Assembly (NCBI RefSeq): GCF_001194135.2
Contig: NC_068997.1
Location: 57,053,372-57,117,371, forward strand
From: Octopus bimaculoides
Taxonomy: Eukaryota
Length of the DNA stretch: 64,000 bases
Direction: 5' to 3'
The position numbers and the translations under genes are program-made. Below are positions 1-11,585 of this stretch, one piece after another. The notes beneath the pieces were generated by a model. It saw nothing but the letters and a program-made list of their open reading frames with translations, ran no database searches and was not told where the DNA came from. Numbering within the stretch: the stretch's first letter is position 1; each line of letters begins with the position of its first letter.

Positions 1-181
1 GGTTACGACTAAATAATTGGTTGGTTATTCTAAATAGCTCAGCTCGTGTAAGTTCTCAGACTGACAGAGCAGTGAAGCAATAAGCTGAATTACAAAGAAT
101 AAAAGAATACTGAGCGTTAACATATTATCATCATTATTATTATTATTAATAATAATAATTATTATTATTATTATGAAATCC

Positions 182-331
182 AACCTAAATGCCTAAAATT
201 TTATTAAAGCAAACGTAAACAGTCTGTATATGAAACGAAAGAATGGTGACAGAGGACTAATTAGTCTAGACCATTGTATAAGGAGTGAAACGAGAACGCT
301 TGCCGAGTATTTGATAAATAGTGATGAGACC
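182..331 (+). mobile_element. R4/Dong-like non-LTR retrotransposon fragment (region just C-terminal to RT)
   Basis: Frame from 206 reads KANVNSLYMKRKNGDRGLISLDHCIRSETRTLAEYLINSDE, resembling the R4/Dong-type motif (K-S/A-D-V-D-R-L-Y-x-x-R-K-x-G-G-R-G-L-I-S). It lies next to an (ATT/AAT)n tract at about 125-175. Family assignment is from recalled motifs. Confidence 0.65.
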
Positions 332-334
332 CGC

Positions 335-769
335 ACATGCATTATAACCACATATGCGCGACATAGTGATCTCATATCAAGATAAACAGTGCATGACTTG
401 CAGTTGGGGCCTAGTTAGAATTTTCGTCCAGTTGAAAGGTCCCTGAATAAGGGTTGTTTAACGACGTTGAACAAAACACCCTTGTTTCCAAAGGTGAATT
501 ATCCAAACCCAAAAGAATTCCCCTGGACACATGGTCACGAAGCTCCCCCACTACTTCTGCTCGTGATCAGAGATGCACATAGCGTTAGGCACAAAGGTAC
601 ATGCTCAACTGGTTAAGGTCAACCAACTGACAAGCACATCTGTGGTATTGAGCAGAATATTTGCTGTAAGCCCATCTTTTATACCAAGACAAAATAATGT
701 ACATTATAACATTTCCAATCACTTAAGATCAGAAGCCATGAGAGTCAATGCCTGATACTGCATCAAGGC

Positions 770-770
<1 letters not shown>
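335..770 (-). mobile_element. Non-coding interspersed repeat starting at an (AAT)n tract (family C, probably non-autonomous)
   Basis: Higher-GC, non-coding block abutting the (ATT)n at 771-800. It resembles, from memory, a high-copy octopus repeat. Only one copy is in the window, so it cannot be confirmed internally. Confidence 0.35.
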
Positions 771-800
<30 letters not shown>

Positions 801-802
<2 letters not shown>

Positions 803-995
803 GGTAGCGTGCTGGCAGAATCGTTAGCATGCCGGACACGTCCGTCTTTACGTTCTGAGACTAAATTCCACCAACGTCAACTTTGCCCTTCTTTTTCTCG
901 GGGTTGATGAAATAAGTACCAGTTGAGTACTTCTGTCGATGTAACCGACTTAACCCCTCCCCCAAAATTGCTGGTCTTGTGCCTAAATTTGAAAT
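801..995 (+). mobile_element. tRNA-headed SINE, family A copy 1
   Basis: A-box-like TGGCAGAATCGTTAG, body GGGGTTGATGAAATAAGTACCAG and tail CCCCAAAATTGCTGGTCTTGTGCC, all shared with about 10 other copies in the window. Confidence 0.85.
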
Positions 996-2574
996 AATCG
1001 TTGCTGTCGTTGTTGTTATTGTTGCTGTGGTTCCGATGGTGGTGCTGACTGCTTTTTACTTCCGCTGTTTTCGTTGTTGTCGCTCATTTTCCCTGCCTCA
1101 CTGCCTCTTTGCCAGAGCTTAATATCAATTATGCCCATTTATGCTTTGCAATAATACGGGGCTGCATCTGTCCCCTTAACTAATCCCTACCTACCATGAA
1201 TAATCACACCCAACTATTCAATATTTCGTTTTAGATAATCAATAACGTTTTCAATGATAGAATTTTTTTGAAGAAAGAAATAATAAACTGCGATAATCAA
1301 ATATGCCACCTACCCTTTGGTATTTTCTCATCAGAAAGAGAATTAGATTTTGACGACGGCAGCCGATAATTAGATCACAGCAGTGGAAAGTTCATCTGCA
1401 CCAACATATTGGCTGGGGTCATTTGTATTATATTTTAATTGTATGTGTGTGTGGGAGAGGGAGTAAGAGAGAAAAAGTGTGTGTGTGTACGCTGTGACAG
1501 TAGTAAAGGCGGAATTGGTAAATAATGAAATTGCCTTAGTATCATAACAAATAAACTTAATAACGAAACAGATAACAGAGTTGCCGTCTTGATTCTCCCA
1601 ACCGAAGAACAGAAATGTTAAAAGCCAACTATTTCTTGAAAATGAATTAAACTAAACAAATTGGGAAAGGAATAAAAACATAACGAAAGAAAGGATGAGA
1701 GAAAAAAAAGAAGGAAAAGGCGTAAGAATAATAGCGGAGACTAAAAGTAGAATGTAAGCCATTGAAGAAATATTCTTGTAATCATATTTGTTTGAATAAA
1801 ATGGTAGTTAATAGCAAAAGGTCAGAGCTTAAAATATGAACCATTTTGGAATTACTACAGAAGGCAAGCTGAATGTAAATAGAGTCTAAAAGATATTAGA
1901 TTGTGGAAGCTTCTGGTTATATTACAGCATACAAATGACCCTAAACAGAGCTAATCTTTAGAATCATATCAACTTTGTTGCTGCACTGCAACAACTGATG
2001 GTCAAATCTCGAACTAAGTTTTGTAGTAGATGTGTTCAGTAGAAATTATGAATGAACATTGCAGTCTTCTGTATATTTTAAAACAGTGTCCCTGAATACA
2101 TGCATTGCCTACTTAGAAATAGGAGACAGTTCGTGTATTTATTATTACACAGAAAATACAGCTCCTTCACGAAAACCATCAACTTTTTGCTGTTATCGTT
2201 TATATTGTTTTCATTGTTGTCGTCGTCGTAATTTTCGCTACTTTCTTTTTTTTTTTTTTTTGGTTGGTTTAACTGGAAGTCGAGCGATGTCTTGCAGTCC
2301 CCTCATTACCGGCGTGGTCATTCCTTACGATTACCTGACATTAAAATAGTTATGTACAGCTATATTTAAGATATTGGAGGGAGATTTGAGGGATATGATG
2401 GCAACTATTTCTATTAGTCTCCAGTCACGTGGCACCGATATTCAATATTAGTTGCACAAATTGTCAACTTGAAAAGAAAATAGAATTTTAAATATATTCA
2501 AAAACGAACACGAAGGAGAGAAGAGAATAGGAAAAACAAACGATTGATCAGAACCATATGTATATAACGTTATA

Positions 2575-2662
<88 letters not shown>

Positions 2663-2900
2663 NNNNNNNNNNNNNNNNNNNNNNNNNNNNNNNNNNNNNN
2701 NNNNNNNNNNNNNNNNNNNNNNNNNNNNNNNNNNNNNNNNNNNNNNNNNNNNNNNNNNNNNNNNNNNNNNNNNNNNNNNNNNNNNNNNNNNNNNNNNNNN
2801 NNNNNNNNNNNNNNNNNNNNNNNNNNNNNNNNNNNNNNNNNNNNNNNNNNNNNNNNNNNNNNNNNNNNNNNNNNNNNNNNNNNNNNNNNNNNNNNNNNNN

Positions 2901-2952
<52 letters not shown>

Positions 2953-3189
2953 GTATTTAAATATATATATAATTTGGACAGATCCAAAATTCCTTAGCGT
3001 TCTCATGTCATATTTTGTCGATCATCTTAGAATGCAAGCATTGATTCAAATCAAAGATTTCAGGCAGATTTTCATGTGACATAATGCAAAGAGTATCGAG
3101 TATTTCTTGGTTAGAAAACGGAATGTATTCCTTCCGTTTTATAGCGATTTTTATTCTCACATTCTCATATATACATTCTAGCCGATATA

Positions 3190-3326
3190 TATGTATGTAT
3201 GTATGTATGCATGCATGTATGTATCTATGTATGCATGCATGTATGTATGTATGCATGTATGTATCTATGTATGCATGTATGTATGCATGCATGTATGTAT
3301 GTATGCATGCATGTATGTATGTATGT
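3190..3326. repeat. (GTAT/GCAT)n compound tetranucleotide microsatellite
   Basis: Directly visible. It produces the MYVCMHAC-type ORFs. Confidence 0.95.
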
Positions 3327-3327
3327 G

Positions 3328-3575
3328 CACACCTTTGAATGCAGTGTATGCCAGAAGGTTTGCAAATCCAACGGAGGCCTCAAAAGACATTTTAAGATCC
3401 ACAAAGAGCAGAGCTTATCTGCAACTCTTGGTGGTCCAAATCGGAGGTGCAATCTATTTGGGTGTCTTTTCAGAAAATTGTCTGGTTTAAAAAGCCCCAT
3501 CAGATGCCATGATGGTGCTAAGGTGTAAGTACAGAAGGTGGTCAAACTCTGCATAAGGTGGAGACAACCACCATA
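3328..3575 (+). mobile_element. 5'-truncated 3' end of a probable RTE-clade LINE with two tandem C2H2-type fingers
   Basis: FECSVCQKVCKSNGGLKRHFKIH is a perfect C-x2-C-x12-H-x3-H (3340-3402). The second unit, CNLFGCLFRKLSGLKSPIRCH, has the same spacing with F and P at Cys/His positions (TTT, CCC, each one base from TGT, CAC). Stop at 3526-3528, short 3' UTR, then a TA-rich tail. There is no TGEKP linker. Confidence 0.55.
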
Positions 3576-3583
3576 AATATATA

Positions 3584-3719
3584 TATAAACATAATTAAGG
3601 GATCAGCAAATATTTGCTTCACCATATATCGAAGTTCAGAAATAGCTTTTTTAGCTGCTATTTCTGAACTTCGGTATATGGTGAAGCAAATATTTGCTGA
3701 TCCCTTAATTATGTTTATA
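3584..3719. mobile_element. Near-perfect foldback (MITE-like), 63-bp arms, 10-nt loop
   Basis: 3584-3646 is the reverse complement of 3657-3719 with one T:G mismatch (3629/3674). Flanked by TA repeats on both sides. Confidence 0.8.
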
Positions 3720-4708
3720 AATATATATATGAGCTTTTAAATAAGTTCTCCACCANNNNNNNNNNNNNNNNNNNNNNNNNNNNNNNNNNNNNNNNNNNNN
3801 NNNNNNNNNNNNNNNNNNNNNNNNNNNNNNNNNNNNNNNNNNNNNNNNNNNNNNNNNNNNNNNNNNNNNNNNNNNNNNNNNNNNNNNNNNNNNNNNNNNN
3901 NNNNNNNNNNNNNNNNNNNNNNNNNNNNNNNNNNNNNNNNNNNNNNNNNNNNNNNNNNNNNNNNNNNNNNNNNNNNNNNNNNNNNNNNNNNNNNNNNNNN
4001 NNNNNNNNNNNNNNNNNNNNNNNNNNNNNNNNNNNNNNNNNNNNNNNNNNNNNNNNNNNNNNNNNNNNNNNNNNNNNNNNNNNNNNNNNNNNNNNNNNNN
4101 NNNNNNNNNNNNNNNNNNNNNNNNNNNNNNNNNNNNNNNNNNNNNNNNNNNNNNNNNNNNNNNNNNNNNNNNNNNNNNNNNNNNNNNNNNNNNNNNNNNN
4201 NNNNNNNNNNNNNNNNNNNNNNNNNNNNNNNNNNNNNNNNNNNNNNNNNNNNNNNNNNNNNNNNNNNNNNNNNNNNNNNNNNNNNNNNNNNNNNNNNNNN
4301 NNNNNNNNNNNNNNNNNNNNNNNNNNNNNNNNNNNNNNNNNNNNNNNNNNNNNNNNNNNNNNNNNNNNNNNNNNNNNNNNNNNNNNNNNNNNNNNNNNNN
4401 NNNNNNNNNNNNNNNNNNNNNNNNNNNNNNNNNNNNNNNNNNNNNNNNNNNNNNNNNNNNNNNNNNNNNNNNNNNNNNNNNNNNNNNNNNNNNNNNNNNN
4501 NNNNNNNNNNNNNNNNNNNNNNNNNNNNNNNNNNNNNNNNNNNNNNNNNNNNNNNNNNNNNNNNNNNNNNNNNNNNNNNNNNNNNNNNNNNNNNNNNNNN
4601 NNNNNNNNNNNNNNNNNNNNNNNNNNNNNNNNNNNGAATCTATCTATAGATAGATATATAATACTTATACATATATATATTTATGCATATGTAAAGTATG
4701 GATATTGT

Positions 4709-4754
<46 letters not shown>

Positions 4755-5020
4755 GGTGTATGTGCGTGTGTACATATAGATACATACATAAATGCATAAA
4801 ATACACAAGTAACGTGAAGTGGGGTTAAACAAATGAAAGATAAATGTGAAGGTGGATAAGCTAATAATGAGAGGGAAAAGCGACGTGTAGAATAATATAA
4901 GGAAACATGACGGGACTATAATAAAAGAAATACGTGACTGTGTGCGCAATAGTGCATGTAGGAGGAATAATCTATCAGAATCGTGCTTTAAAACATACAT
5001 ACATGTGTATATGTGTGTGA

Positions 5021-5051
<31 letters not shown>

Positions 5052-5809
5052 NNNNNNNNNNATACAATACAAATTTAGTGAGCATAAAAAGCCAGCCTTA
5101 AGCCAGAAAAGATGATGAATGTATTTCCCTGTATAAATCCCATATAATTGCTTTGTCCAGTGGAATTATTGCAGTTTCACTTCTGAAAATAATTCTGACA
5201 TTCTGCATATTTGATTTGATTTGAAACGATTTGGGCATGTGAATATAAAGTTGTACTAACCGCTCATCTGTTACAAATGATATCCATGCAGTCATTTTGA
5301 TATCACTCATGGCAACACACTTAAATATCTGTGCCTCACTTCACCCAGCTGCATAGAATCTATACAAGAATTAGCAATATTTAATATTTACAAATTACAA
5401 CCTGATATCTTATGGAACCGGACACATTTCGTGTATTTATTGCTAAATTATACACTCTTCCAAAGTCAGTGGAGATAAAGTGCTAAATACCCGTTGGTGG
5501 ATAACTTTGATCGGAATCGTCAACATAATTGACAACACATGTTACATTTACATGAAATAAATTGAATATTATTACGAGGAAATGTATGACACATAGAAAC
5601 AGGCTTCATGTTAGGTTGTAAGAGATTCACTTACTGCTCATACCAATTGGCATTTTTATGTATCTGAAGGTCAAGCTAAGAGTAAGGGAGAGAACGACTT
5701 CACTTAATGAAATATATAAGTGAAAACATTCTTCCGTAGTTTGAAGAAACCTAAGCCACAACATCGACATTCATAAATTGCTGCTACTATACTTCCATTG
5801 TATTCGAAG

Positions 5810-5868
<59 letters not shown>

Positions 5869-5889
5869 AACTTGGAAGGGTAAAGACAG

Positions 5890-6222
5890 CTTTCGATCAT
5901 GAATGACCATGGAATTGCACCTAAAAAGTTTCCCTCTAAGACACAAGTACACAGAAGGTTGTTTATGGAAGACCAGCAGTCGACCATGCATAGCAGCCAC
6001 CCTCTCCACACCACCGCTGTTATCCAAGGGAAAGGAGAAGGCCAATACAGTTTGGCACCAGTGACGTCGCAACTCGTTTCTACTGCTCAGTGCTGTTGAG
6101 GAACGTGAAATAAAGTGTTTTGCTCAAGATCACATCACACAGTCCGGTCCGGTCACGGTATCGAACACACCACCTCACCATTGTGAGCCCGAAGCCCTAA
6201 GCACTGAGCCATGTGACGTCAC
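5890..6222 (-). mobile_element. tRNA-headed SINE with CORE-like block, family B
   Basis: Minus strand has ATGGCTCAGTGCTTAG (A box), GTTCGATACC (B box) and TCTTGAGCAAAACACTTTATTTCACGTT, which is shared with the 14790 copy. Confidence 0.8.
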
Positions 6223-6286
6223 TTCATATCTTTGCACACACACACACACACACATGCACGTTTGCATGCTTATTTATGTACATATA

Positions 6287-6570
6287 TTGGGTTGGCAAGA
6301 AAGTAATTCCGGTTGAGCGACTTAAGTCAGCGCTAGAAGAAAAACGACCATCTTTGGTTTCAAAACGGAAGGTGTTCTTCCATCAGGATAATGCTTGGCC
6401 ACATACAGCGAAGGTTACATTACAAAGGCTGGAGCAGTTTCAATAGGAAACGATGCTCCACCCACCATATTCACTGGACACTGCCCCATCTGATTGTCAT
6501 TTATTCCGTAATCTTTAAAATCATTTGGACGAAAAGAGAATAAATTCTGTAGACGTGGTCAGAACAGATG
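6287..6570 (+). mobile_element. Internally deleted mariner (DD34D) remnant: left ITR fused to transposase C-terminus
   Basis: TA then TTGGGTTGGCAAGAAAGTAATTCCGGTT (mariner-type ITR) runs directly into ERLKSALEEKRPSLVSKRKVFFHQDNAWPHTAKVTLQRLEQFQ*ETMLHPPYSLDTAPSDCHLFRNL*NHL. Exactly 34 codons separate the catalytic D of HQDNA and the D of APSD. Two in-frame stops, and no right ITR seen. Confidence 0.92.
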
Positions 6571-6671
6571 GAAGAGCACAGTAGAAAATGCAGGAAACGT
6601 TTGACAAATTGGCTGCATATGTTGAGCTACACACACAGAAGTCCATCCACACACACACACACACACACATC

Positions 6672-6712
<41 letters not shown>

Positions 6713-6934
6713 CGTGTGTACTTCCCCTTCTTATATGTATACCAGCTACATAGCAAACATTTTACATCTATTTCTACACTTTACTTTCCAAAGATATGAA
6801 CTTTATATATGGACACGGATTCAACCTGCAATACACCAATGATATGCATAGAAACTTAGATATGAATAACTTAGAACAAATTATGCATGCATAAAATATA
6901 CTTGTGTTTATTACATTAAACAGCAGCTGTTACA

Positions 6935-6978
<44 letters not shown>

Positions 6979-8186
6979 TAAGGATGCAATGATATACTTT
7001 ATGTTTGCAATATAAACAGTACCGTGTAAACAATAGAAGACATAGTCTGGTGTCAAATTGCTGACAGGTACTTGAAATGAAATTTACTGAATTTGAAAGA
7101 AAACAAGAAAATCAAAAGAAAAATAAATCTTGAAAAGGTGTAAAATATTTTTGAGAGATTTTAATGAACAAGCAAGTTGAAGAGATGATCAAAAGATTAA
7201 GTCTTGTAATCATCTCGTCCAAAAGAACAAGGAAAACACCGCAACTAATATACATATAAGAATACTTAAGAAACAATAAAGTCTCGTGGTAATTCATCAC
7301 CAATAATCTACAAGTTAATAGTCTAAATTTTAAATAACAATAAAGGCGAAACATTTAGAAAAGAAAACTAAAGAACATTACACTGTAAAATAAATAACCA
7401 AAGACAGTAAATAAATAAAGAATATTGGTATTATCGATTTGATTATAATTTAGTGTAAAGATAAATTATATCAATATTTTTGTAATATTTGATCAGCGAA
7501 AAATATAAAAAATGTAAAAATCGTCAAACAATTCGGAAAATCAAAGAATGTGGCAGCATTAAAATTTAGGAGACGGCATTAAAATAATTTGAGTCATTTT
7601 ATTAAAAGATTTCGCCTTCGTTGTCAAAATAAATGTTTTTTTTTCTTTTTTTTTTTAAGAATGACATTTTGAAAGATGTGTATACTTAAATGAAACATTT
7701 TCATTTGATAGAAAATTAAGAGCAAATAATGACCGACTCTCGAACATTTGACCTTTAATATGAGAAACTCCATTAACTCATAATAAATCATACCATCTAG
7801 GGGCTGTGTGAAATTCTTTCATCTAAATGTTGATTTATTCCTTCTTGTTTTAAAAATATTCGTAATTTAAAAGCAGTTATATAGTTTAATTTTTCTGTGA
7901 TAACACTGTTAATGTAGTTATTATACTGTCGGAATAGTGCTAACATGGAACCCGGGGCAGATATGTAAATATAGTATGGGAAAATATACTGTATGTGCGA
8001 GGGCATTTACTGCAATGGCGCTACATTTATTTAATAAATTTCTTTGACGAGAAAAAGTATTTCACCGAGAAAAATTAACTGGCTTCAGAATCAATAAAAA
8101 GAGCAGCTGACTATTTTATAAATGATTTCGTCCAAAATTGTATTTTGTACAACTTTGCTGTGTAGAAGGGAAAAACAGAGACAGAA

Positions 8187-8247
<61 letters not shown>

Positions 8248-8922
8248 GGAAAGTAATTGAATAAGGCTATTGTAGTTCTTCCTCCTATTTTGCCCTTTGG
8301 TAGCGTTCAGCGTTAGCAACAACATTGGGCATCATAGTAGAGATGGTGACAGCGGAAGTGAATTATGTTAAATATCTGAGTTCTTCCCCTTGTCTCCCCG
8401 TAAAACACATTTTTATTAACACTGTTTCTTCTTACAGTTGTAATATTTATTTACGAATATTCATAATCACTCCTCTACAGTAATAATATAACAATGTAGT
8501 TCGTTATATCATTAGTTAATGGACTATATTTACAATTATATTCTATAACTTATTGTACAACAGTTCAATGTTTCCTACGAAACAACTAAAGTGGCGTGTC
8601 AGAGTGTAAGTGTAGTTACTGGAAGTAAAAGAGAATTCTGATGGTGGCATAGTTTAGATACATATCGTAGGTGTTAGACAAGATGTATTAATCGAATTAG
8701 TGAAAACATTAGACTGGTGACATAAAGGTTAGGATGATTTTGTGATAGATTGGACGTGTCTATCAGACTATCAATGACTGTACATCAATTTTTGTGACGT
8801 TTGTGGTGTTTAGATAAATGAAGACGGAGCTTAGGTATCAGTAGGAGGAAATAATTAGCTAAACGATACAAATGCACACATAAGCTATATACATATATAC
8901 ATATATACATGTACATACTTAC

Positions 8923-8995
<73 letters not shown>

Positions 8996-9112
8996 TTTAT
9001 GTGTATGTACAGATGTCACTGTGAGAGTATTTACAAATATATGTAGTATACAAATGCATTTATCTATACATGAATATGATATATATGCAAACACATAATC
9101 TCTCTCTCTCTC

Positions 9113-9156
<44 letters not shown>

Positions 9157-9604
9157 TATTTATATGTATATATATTTCTATATAGTCATGTGTCTATATT
9201 TATATATATATATGTGTGTGTATATATCTATATGTATATATATGTGTGTGTGTGTGTATATATATATTTATATATATATGTGTGTGTGTGTATATTTATA
9301 TGTATATATACATATATACACACACTCACACACATAGATATATAGATGACGGCTGAAAGATTGAAAAGTACATCAGGACAGAACAGAAGTCTTAGAATTT
9401 GATCGCAATTTATATCGTAATCCATTATTTCTTCACTCTCCTAACTTTCTTCTTTTCCATTTACAGTAATTTTATGCCATTCCATTAAATGGTAATTGAT
9501 TTATAGACGTCCAACTATATACAATAACACTGTGTGTAGCAAAATCTCATATTGCACACACACACATATATATGCACACACTCATACACATATGCATATA
9601 TATT

Positions 9605-9680
9605 GTGAAAGGTGAGTGGCCGAGTGTTTAGTGTGTTGCACTCAAAGTCGTTGTGTACTTGTGCCAAACATTACATAAAC
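9605..9680 (+). mobile_element. Degenerate, internally deleted SINE family B head
   Basis: GAAAGGTGAGTGGCCGAGTGTTTAGTGTGTTGCACTCA then CGTTGTGTACTTGTGCCAAACA resembles the head and CORE-like block of the 14790 copy. Confidence 0.4.
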
Positions 9681-9921
9681 ATAATTATATTGACGGGTGC
9701 GGATAAGCCTAACCAACACGGTAGAAATTAACCCCAAATGGCTTTAAAAGCCACATCTACAATCCATTAATTAGCACAGGTTGAAAGCGACCAGAAATTT
9801 TTTAAACATTTTTATTTATTCATCTGTTGACTTTAAACCTGTGCTAGATGGGATTTTTAGAACCATTTGGCGTCTATTTCTAGCTTTTTGGTGGAGTTTA
9901 TCCACACCCTTTAATACAATC

Positions 9922-9925
<4 letters not shown>

Positions 9926-9994
<69 letters not shown>

Positions 9995-10010
9995 TGTGTG
10001 TGTGTGTGTG
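9926..10010. repeat. (TG)n microsatellite
   Basis: Directly visible. Confidence 0.95.
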
Positions 10011-10039
10011 GTTGGAATTTACAGAAAAACAAAAGACGA

Positions 10040-10165
10040 AGACAGGTGTGTAAACAACAAACAGGTTTATTAGTTTAACGCTCGGGAAGCTGAGAAAGTC
10101 TTTTACGTTTCGACCCAACGCTCTTCAACAGAAAGGAACACGAGAAAATAAACAGAGAGAATTTT
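10040..10165 (-). mobile_element. Penelope-like element terminal fragment carrying a hammerhead-like motif
   Basis: Contains CTGTTGAAGAGCGTTGGGTCGAAACGTAAAAG on the minus strand, the CTGANGAA..GAAACG pattern typical of Penelope-like element termini. Confidence 0.5.
10100..10135 (-). ncRNA. Degenerate minimal type I hammerhead ribozyme motif
   Basis: CTTT-CTGTTGA-A-GAGC-gttg-GGTC-GAAAC-GTA-AAAG. Stem I is CTTT/AAAG, stem II has 3 of 4 pairs, stem III is the loopless palindrome ACGT and the cleavage triplet is GUA. The core reads CUGUUGA instead of CUGANGA. Confidence 0.55.
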
Positions 10166-11281
10166 TTTAAATGCTTTAGTGATTGAAAGAAAATAGAGTA
10201 AGAAACAACGACAATTGGAAAAAGCAGAAAGTTCAAAAAAGTTCCAAAAGGTTGAAACGTCGTGGTGTATTGGAGCGATGTTTTATAAACGGACGAATCC
10301 AGTGAAATCCATATGTAAATCCATATGTATTCAGGTGTAATGCTGGTGTGCAGATGAGAGATGCAGAAAAAATATACAGATATGAAGACTTTTCGTGGAG
10401 GTGATCCAAGCTAAAAGGCATGAACTACGAATGCTCAATTTCGTAAGCAACTAAAAGTTTGGGTTGAACCGTACTTGAACTTGTGATGTTGTGATTGCTA
10501 AAACTTGTCTTTATCGCGAAACAAGGAATTGGTATGCAGATGATATATCAGAAAGAGGGAATTGGCGATGTGAAATGTCGAAGGGAGATTTATACTGCAG
10601 TAGTTACTTGAGAGTAGCTGAGATTCGTAATGGAAATAGATGAATTATAGAAGTCGTTGTTGAAATGGCGGAGTAAAACCTAGAGTTTGAGAATTCCTTG
10701 TTACTGTGGTGAACAGATATTTAAATATATATGTCTGAAAGAATTTCTGGAAAATATCAGAACCTCATCTCCTACTAGAAAAAGAAAGTAGAAATAAAAG
10801 AATTTTACAAATAAATAAAAATGTTGGTCAAGATCTTGTTTCTGTGGTTTAGAAACACACATAGAAACATGGGCGCGCACACACACACACACATGCACAC
10901 AGAGAAATGCGCGCATACCTATTTGCATGCACATATAAATATGCGTATATATATGTGAATGTGTGGGAGTCTTTGTGCGAGCGTATGTGTGTACGTGTGT
11001 GAGTGTGTGTGTTTTGTAAGGTACATAAAATGTATTCTCATAAACATTAATACATTTCCGGAGGCTGAACTGTTTTTTGTTGATAATTGTTTCAGCACCC
11101 TTTCTATTATTGCATGTGCAATAATAGAGACTTCATGATACAGCACACAGATCATAAATACTCATATATATATATATATANNNNNNNNNNNNNNNNNNNN
11201 NNNNNNNNNNNNNNNNNNNNNNNNNNNNTATATATACACACACACATTCATATAGATAGTTGTGGATTTGTGTATCTGTTC

Positions 11282-11325
<44 letters not shown>

Positions 11326-11501
11326 TATAATCGAACGTATTCATATCTGATAGAGTGAACTTTGTTTATTTGAAATATTGTTGTTTATAGATGAGCGGCT
11401 AGCGAAAATCGAAGAAAATAATCTATTAAGTTAGCAATGAAAATGCTACCTATTACTTACTAACAAATAGCATTGGCCAAATGGCGAGCAAAAACAAATT
11501 A

Positions 11502-11505
<4 letters not shown>

Positions 11506-11581
<76 letters not shown>
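11506..11581. repeat. (GA)n microsatellite
   Basis: Directly visible. Confidence 0.95.

Positions 11582-11585
<4 letters not shown>

Noticed and set aside
3199-3528. Host C2H2 zinc-finger gene exon
   Set aside because: No splice acceptor, the upstream frame is microsatellite, there is no TGEKP linker and the second finger is broken. A LINE 3' end fits better.
6214-6221. CRE palindromes TGACGTCA (also 42853-42860)
   Set aside because: These are 8-mers at repeat edges with no supporting context.
9611-9617. Perfect AAG|GTGAGT donor
   Set aside because: It falls in a decayed SINE head, and the upstream candidate exon is microsatellite with stops.
10530-10544. WYADD peptide (TGGTATGCAGATGAT), resembling an RT catalytic motif
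   Set aside because: It sits in a short frame closed by stops, with no other RT motif nearby, and on the opposite strand to the hammerhead. Most likely chance.
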